Shown here: positions 60,670 to 64,000 of the stretch, piece by piece
How the letters are laid out: each line of letters starts with the position of its first letter
Numbering within the stretch: the first letter of the stretch is position 1
DNA from: Paecilomyces variotii
Lineage: Eukaryota
Assembly (NCBI GenBank): GCA_004022145.1
Contig: RCNU01000009.1
Strand: one strand, 5' to 3'
DNA: 64,000 nucleotides
Notes under the pieces: generated by a model
Seen by the model: only the letters and a program-made list of their open reading frames with translations
Databases searched by the model: none
What the model was told of the DNA's origin: nothing
Program-made: the position numbers and the translations under genes

Positions 60670-61770
60670 CTAAGAAGAAACCCTCCGCTGCATCTTCTCC
60701 ATTTCCTTCTCTTCCACCCCCTTAACGAACCTCTCCGCAAACGTAACCAACCTCTCCTTATCCGCATCTGTCCTATCCCGCACAATTTCCTGTACCGTCC
60801 ATATATAACGCACTCGAAAAACCCTCCATAAATCCTCACTAGAACTCGGTCGTGGATAGAACGGATCGTTACGCAGAAAAGCCGTAATGACCTGCTCGAG
60901 CCCCTTCTCCTCATCCACAGCGATATCTCGACAGCAGTCAAAATCCAGAATCCACATCATATGTGTCCCGAGAACGTTTGAAATAACCGGATACTCGTCG
61001 CGTTCTGATAACGATGACAATGCTGTATTATGAGGCGGAGGCGGAGGCGCCAGAACGAACTCGACATCATTCGCATCGATTCCCGCATTGAAATGCATCG
61101 TGGCAAGCGCATCGGCCATTCCTCTGGTATATACTTCCATATCAGAATAGGAAATCCCCAATTGTTCCATCTGGTCTATGTGAAGGGGGAAGTTCCTTAG
61201 GGAGAAAAAAGCCCTTTGTCGAGGTGGTCGTCTTGAAGATGGTCCCCCATTATCACCATTCTGGGACGACTCGGTGGGAAGTACGCGTCTTCTTCCTAGG
61301 TATGGTCTAATAAGACAGTCTCGGTTCGTATCACTGGCTTTTATCTCTGCGATGATTGATGGTGGACAGTATGTATCGATGAGAAATTCCCGCACCGGCT
61401 GAGAGATAGGTGGGATGCGCTGGGCGTGGATAACGTTGCAGGGTGTATATCCCTCTGGGAATCTTATCAGGTTCGTATCCCACCAGTCGGTGTCTGCGGG
61501 TGTGATGAATCTATAGCAGGTAGGAATGGTTATTATCGTTGGGCTCGTTTCAGGTGGAGCATTCGCAGTTACTGTCTCGTGGATGGTAGCGTTGTTCTTT
61601 TTGAGAGCATGAAGTTGTTCTAGACTCTGTATGACACGCTTGTGCATTTCGAAGTCGTTGGTGAGGGATCGTCCGGGACCGCCGTCTTCTCGTTTGAATG
61701 CTGAGCTGTCGTCTGGTTCAGCCCATACTGTGCCGCAGAAGCCAGCGCCGATTCGACGGAATTTTGACAT
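60670..61770 (-). CDS. DUF3669-family protein, with protein-kinase-like motifs
   Basis: Intronless 366-aa ORF with RIGAGFCGTVW, KREDGGPGRSL, DCLIRPYLGRRR, FSLRNFPLH, IDANDVEFVL, WILDFDCC and FLRNDPFYPRP. Confidence 0.8.
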   Translation of the reverse strand: MSKFRRIGAGFCGTVWAEPDDSSAFKREDGGPGRSLTNDFEMHKRVIQSLEQLHALKKNNATIHETVTANAPPETSPTIITIPTCYRFITPADTDWWDTNLIRFPEGYTPCNVIHAQRIPPISQPVREFLIDTYCPPSIIAEIKASDTNRDCLIRPYLGRRRVLPTESSQNGDNGGPSSRRPPRQRAFFSLRNFPLHIDQMEQLGISYSDMEVYTRGMADALATMHFNAGIDANDVEFVLAPPPPPHNTALSSLSERDEYPVISNVLGTHMMWILDFDCCRDIAVDEEKGLEQVITAFLRNDPFYPRPSSSEDLWRVFRVRYIWTVQEIVRDRTDADKERLVTFAERFVKGVEEKEMEKMQRRVSS

Positions 61771-61866
61771 TATTTTTGAGTGCTTGAGATCAGTCCTATT
61801 TTGGTATTGGTATCTTGTTAAGAATTAGGTAATGTCATTGTCTTTTAGAATAAGGAATGAATTGGC

Positions 61867-61900
61867 GGGGGGGGGGGGGGGTATAGCCTGGAGGGGGGGG
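61867..61900. repeat. Poly-G tracts (G15 and G8)
   Basis: Read directly; about 100 bp upstream of the DUF3669 start codon. Confidence 0.85.
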
Positions 61901-64000
61901 TTTTTTTTGAGTGGGATCCAGGTAGATGGCGGAGGAGGACTTCCGGACTTTCGAACCCATGGTACAAGCAAGGCAGCACGTAACTGTCTTCTTTGGGATT
62001 AGTACTTCATTGAATTAGTATATAGGAAATAAAAGCAGTTCAGAAGAACGATCAGCCTGTCAATGTTGTTTAGTCGTATGGATAATCTACTATGCTGGAA
62101 GCCGCCGGCATTAGACCTCGACGCAAATTAACATTGACTCCCGGCCAGGCTTTCTGTACCATATTAAGTGTGGACTATCTAATAGATAATCAACCCACAA
62201 GATAGAAATGAATATCCGAGATACAATAATAGAAAGTTGACCAGGGTATCTTCTGAGTATATATGTATATATTATGACTCGAGCTTTCATAGAACCGACT
62301 AAGTAATATAGCATCACTAATATCAGGTTGGTAGCCAATCAACAGCTCAGACCAGCCCATTTGAAGCAGCTGCTTATTCCCAATCAATCTGGATACTCCC
62401 AGAGGATGCTATCAGTTTTTATCTTGCTCCCCCAAGTAAATCTACTCACGTACACAGCGGACCCTTGATCTGTTTGATCTCAAGTAGAGCTTCGTGCATA
62501 GCAATGAGGTATCCATGAAAGTTAGAATAGAGCACACTGCCTCGAAAACTTAACTCGTGGGTGTTAAGCCATATTTCGAGGTATCTAAATATGGTCTCTC
62601 TGATCTTTCACTATACGGAGGCAAGTTCAATTGTTGTTAGGCAGCAACCTCATTTCGTTCGTGGCCGAGGCAAAACCTATGATAGAGAACATCTGGAGAG
62701 TGCTAGACCCTTCCGTTTCCTGGGGACGACCCGGACGGCCCGGAGATTCTGACTATGTACTTCGTTACCAGTGAAAATTCCACGAAACACCGAGTAGACT
62801 GGATAGATGCACATGCATGTGACGACTGCTTACCATAGCGCTGGGTGGTATGATTATGACTCTACCCTCACATATGGTATTATGATGGCTCTGAAAACTT
62901 ACGGTCTAACAGACTCTTTTTTTTTTCGTTTCCTGTCCCAGTCTTGGGTCGATGGATGGCTTAGGCGCGTGTATAATCGAATAAAGTCCGGGGTAGATAG
63001 AGATCATACCATATGCAGGAGAATCCGAGTTTTCGGATTTCATGACCCCGGAAGGTTCCGAAGAGGCAAGGTAACTAACATAGGTAGATGGCTATGAGTA
63101 GGTTTTGCTGTCTTTACATGAAACTAAATCATGACGGCACATCGCGGAGCATACAAGGATATTTCCTTGCTGGGATCTTACGGCCGCTCTTGTCGCTTAG
63201 AGGATGGCATTCATAGTACGGCTGATGGTGCACATACTGTGATTCATGTAGGGCACGCACGGGCACGGATAATTCTGGTAACATCTCCTCATTATTGCTC
63301 AGCGGATGTGATTTAAAGCTATTTTGACCTTGAAGGATATTAACTGCCTAAACTCTGCTGGTGGATTGGCCCGTCTGGACGGGACCAATATGCTGCGGGG
63401 TCATGGACAGGGAATCAGGAACCGGTTTCTCTGGTACCGTCACTCCGCGGGAGGTTAACGTCAGATGCTATTACCAGGACGCGTGTCTCAACTGTCAAAC
63501 AGTGGTCACAGAATGACCTTGTCTCGCAGAGAAAAGATCTATGGTAGAGAGATTCCGGCAGATGAATACTGGTAAGGGGGCCTCTGTTCTGGTTCCGAAT
63601 GGCCCGGTAGTTCGGGAAGCTTGAGTTGTTGACAGGTGCTAGATACACTCAAGCATGATGCAAAGTACCTTGCCACAGAGCTGATGTTCCGGTGCAATAA
63701 TGAGTAATAAGACTATATTATTTGATCTTGGAGAACTTTTCCGTCGTTGGTCAAGAACATCTTGCCGCCGCGTAATGTTGACAGTGGCCTCGTGGAGTAT
63801 GTGGCGGAGAAGGCAGCTCTGGGCTCATACACTCGATCGATGATGACGTGCAGAGAGGCCTGCGTCGAAAATAAGAGATCATTCGGTGTTATTTGGGGGA
63901 TTATGCTCGGATCGCGCGATACGGGTGGGAGATAAACGCTACTTGGGCACCATCAGAGGTATTATTATTATGGGATTATCAGTCAGTCAGTTAGTTCAGT

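Noticed and set aside
61950-64000. Short ORFs at the right end of the window
   Set aside because: No recognisable protein motifs or coherent exon chain; left unannotated.
1-64000. CRISPR arrays, rRNA/tRNA genes, secondary-metabolite cluster, Starship captain recombinase
   Set aside because: No repeat-spacer array, structural RNA gene, PKS/NRPS or tyrosine-recombinase ORF was recognised.

Overview
Intron-containing DNA from a filamentous ascomycete. GT..CTRAC..AG introns and the protein sequences suggest a Eurotiales-type mould; the species cannot be determined here. About 19 intact genes form a mostly housekeeping block: acetoacetyl-CoA synthetase, a Zn-dependent alcohol/formaldehyde dehydrogenase, MAS2, TOM22, a DUF4211 protein, a PQ-loop transporter, a secreted Cys/Ser/Thr-rich protein, a glycine-zipper protein, TeaC/Tea4, a Ser/Thr kinase, MRPL10, a Clg1-like cyclin, NDE1, MGM1, DUG3, a PIG-Y-domain protein, PUB1, a putative Mediator Med2 and a DUF3669 protein. 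The clearest unannotated signal is a 462-bp non-autonomous DNA transposon (21498-21959). It has perfect 39-bp TGT...ACA terminal inverted repeats and a perfect 5-bp target-site duplication (ATGTC), and lies in an HNH-nuclease pseudogene; removing it restores that exon's reading frame exactly. Other points: an 11-kb gene-free region upstream of the cyclin containing a RIP-like AT-rich relic, kinase-fold motifs in the DUF3669 'zinc finger' protein, a Med2-like signature in an apparently hypothetical gene, structured long introns (TOM22, PUB1) and recurrent intergenic motifs. No tRNA, rRNA or CRISPR array was recognised. Family assignments come from motif recognition, not database searches, and exon boundaries were read by eye.
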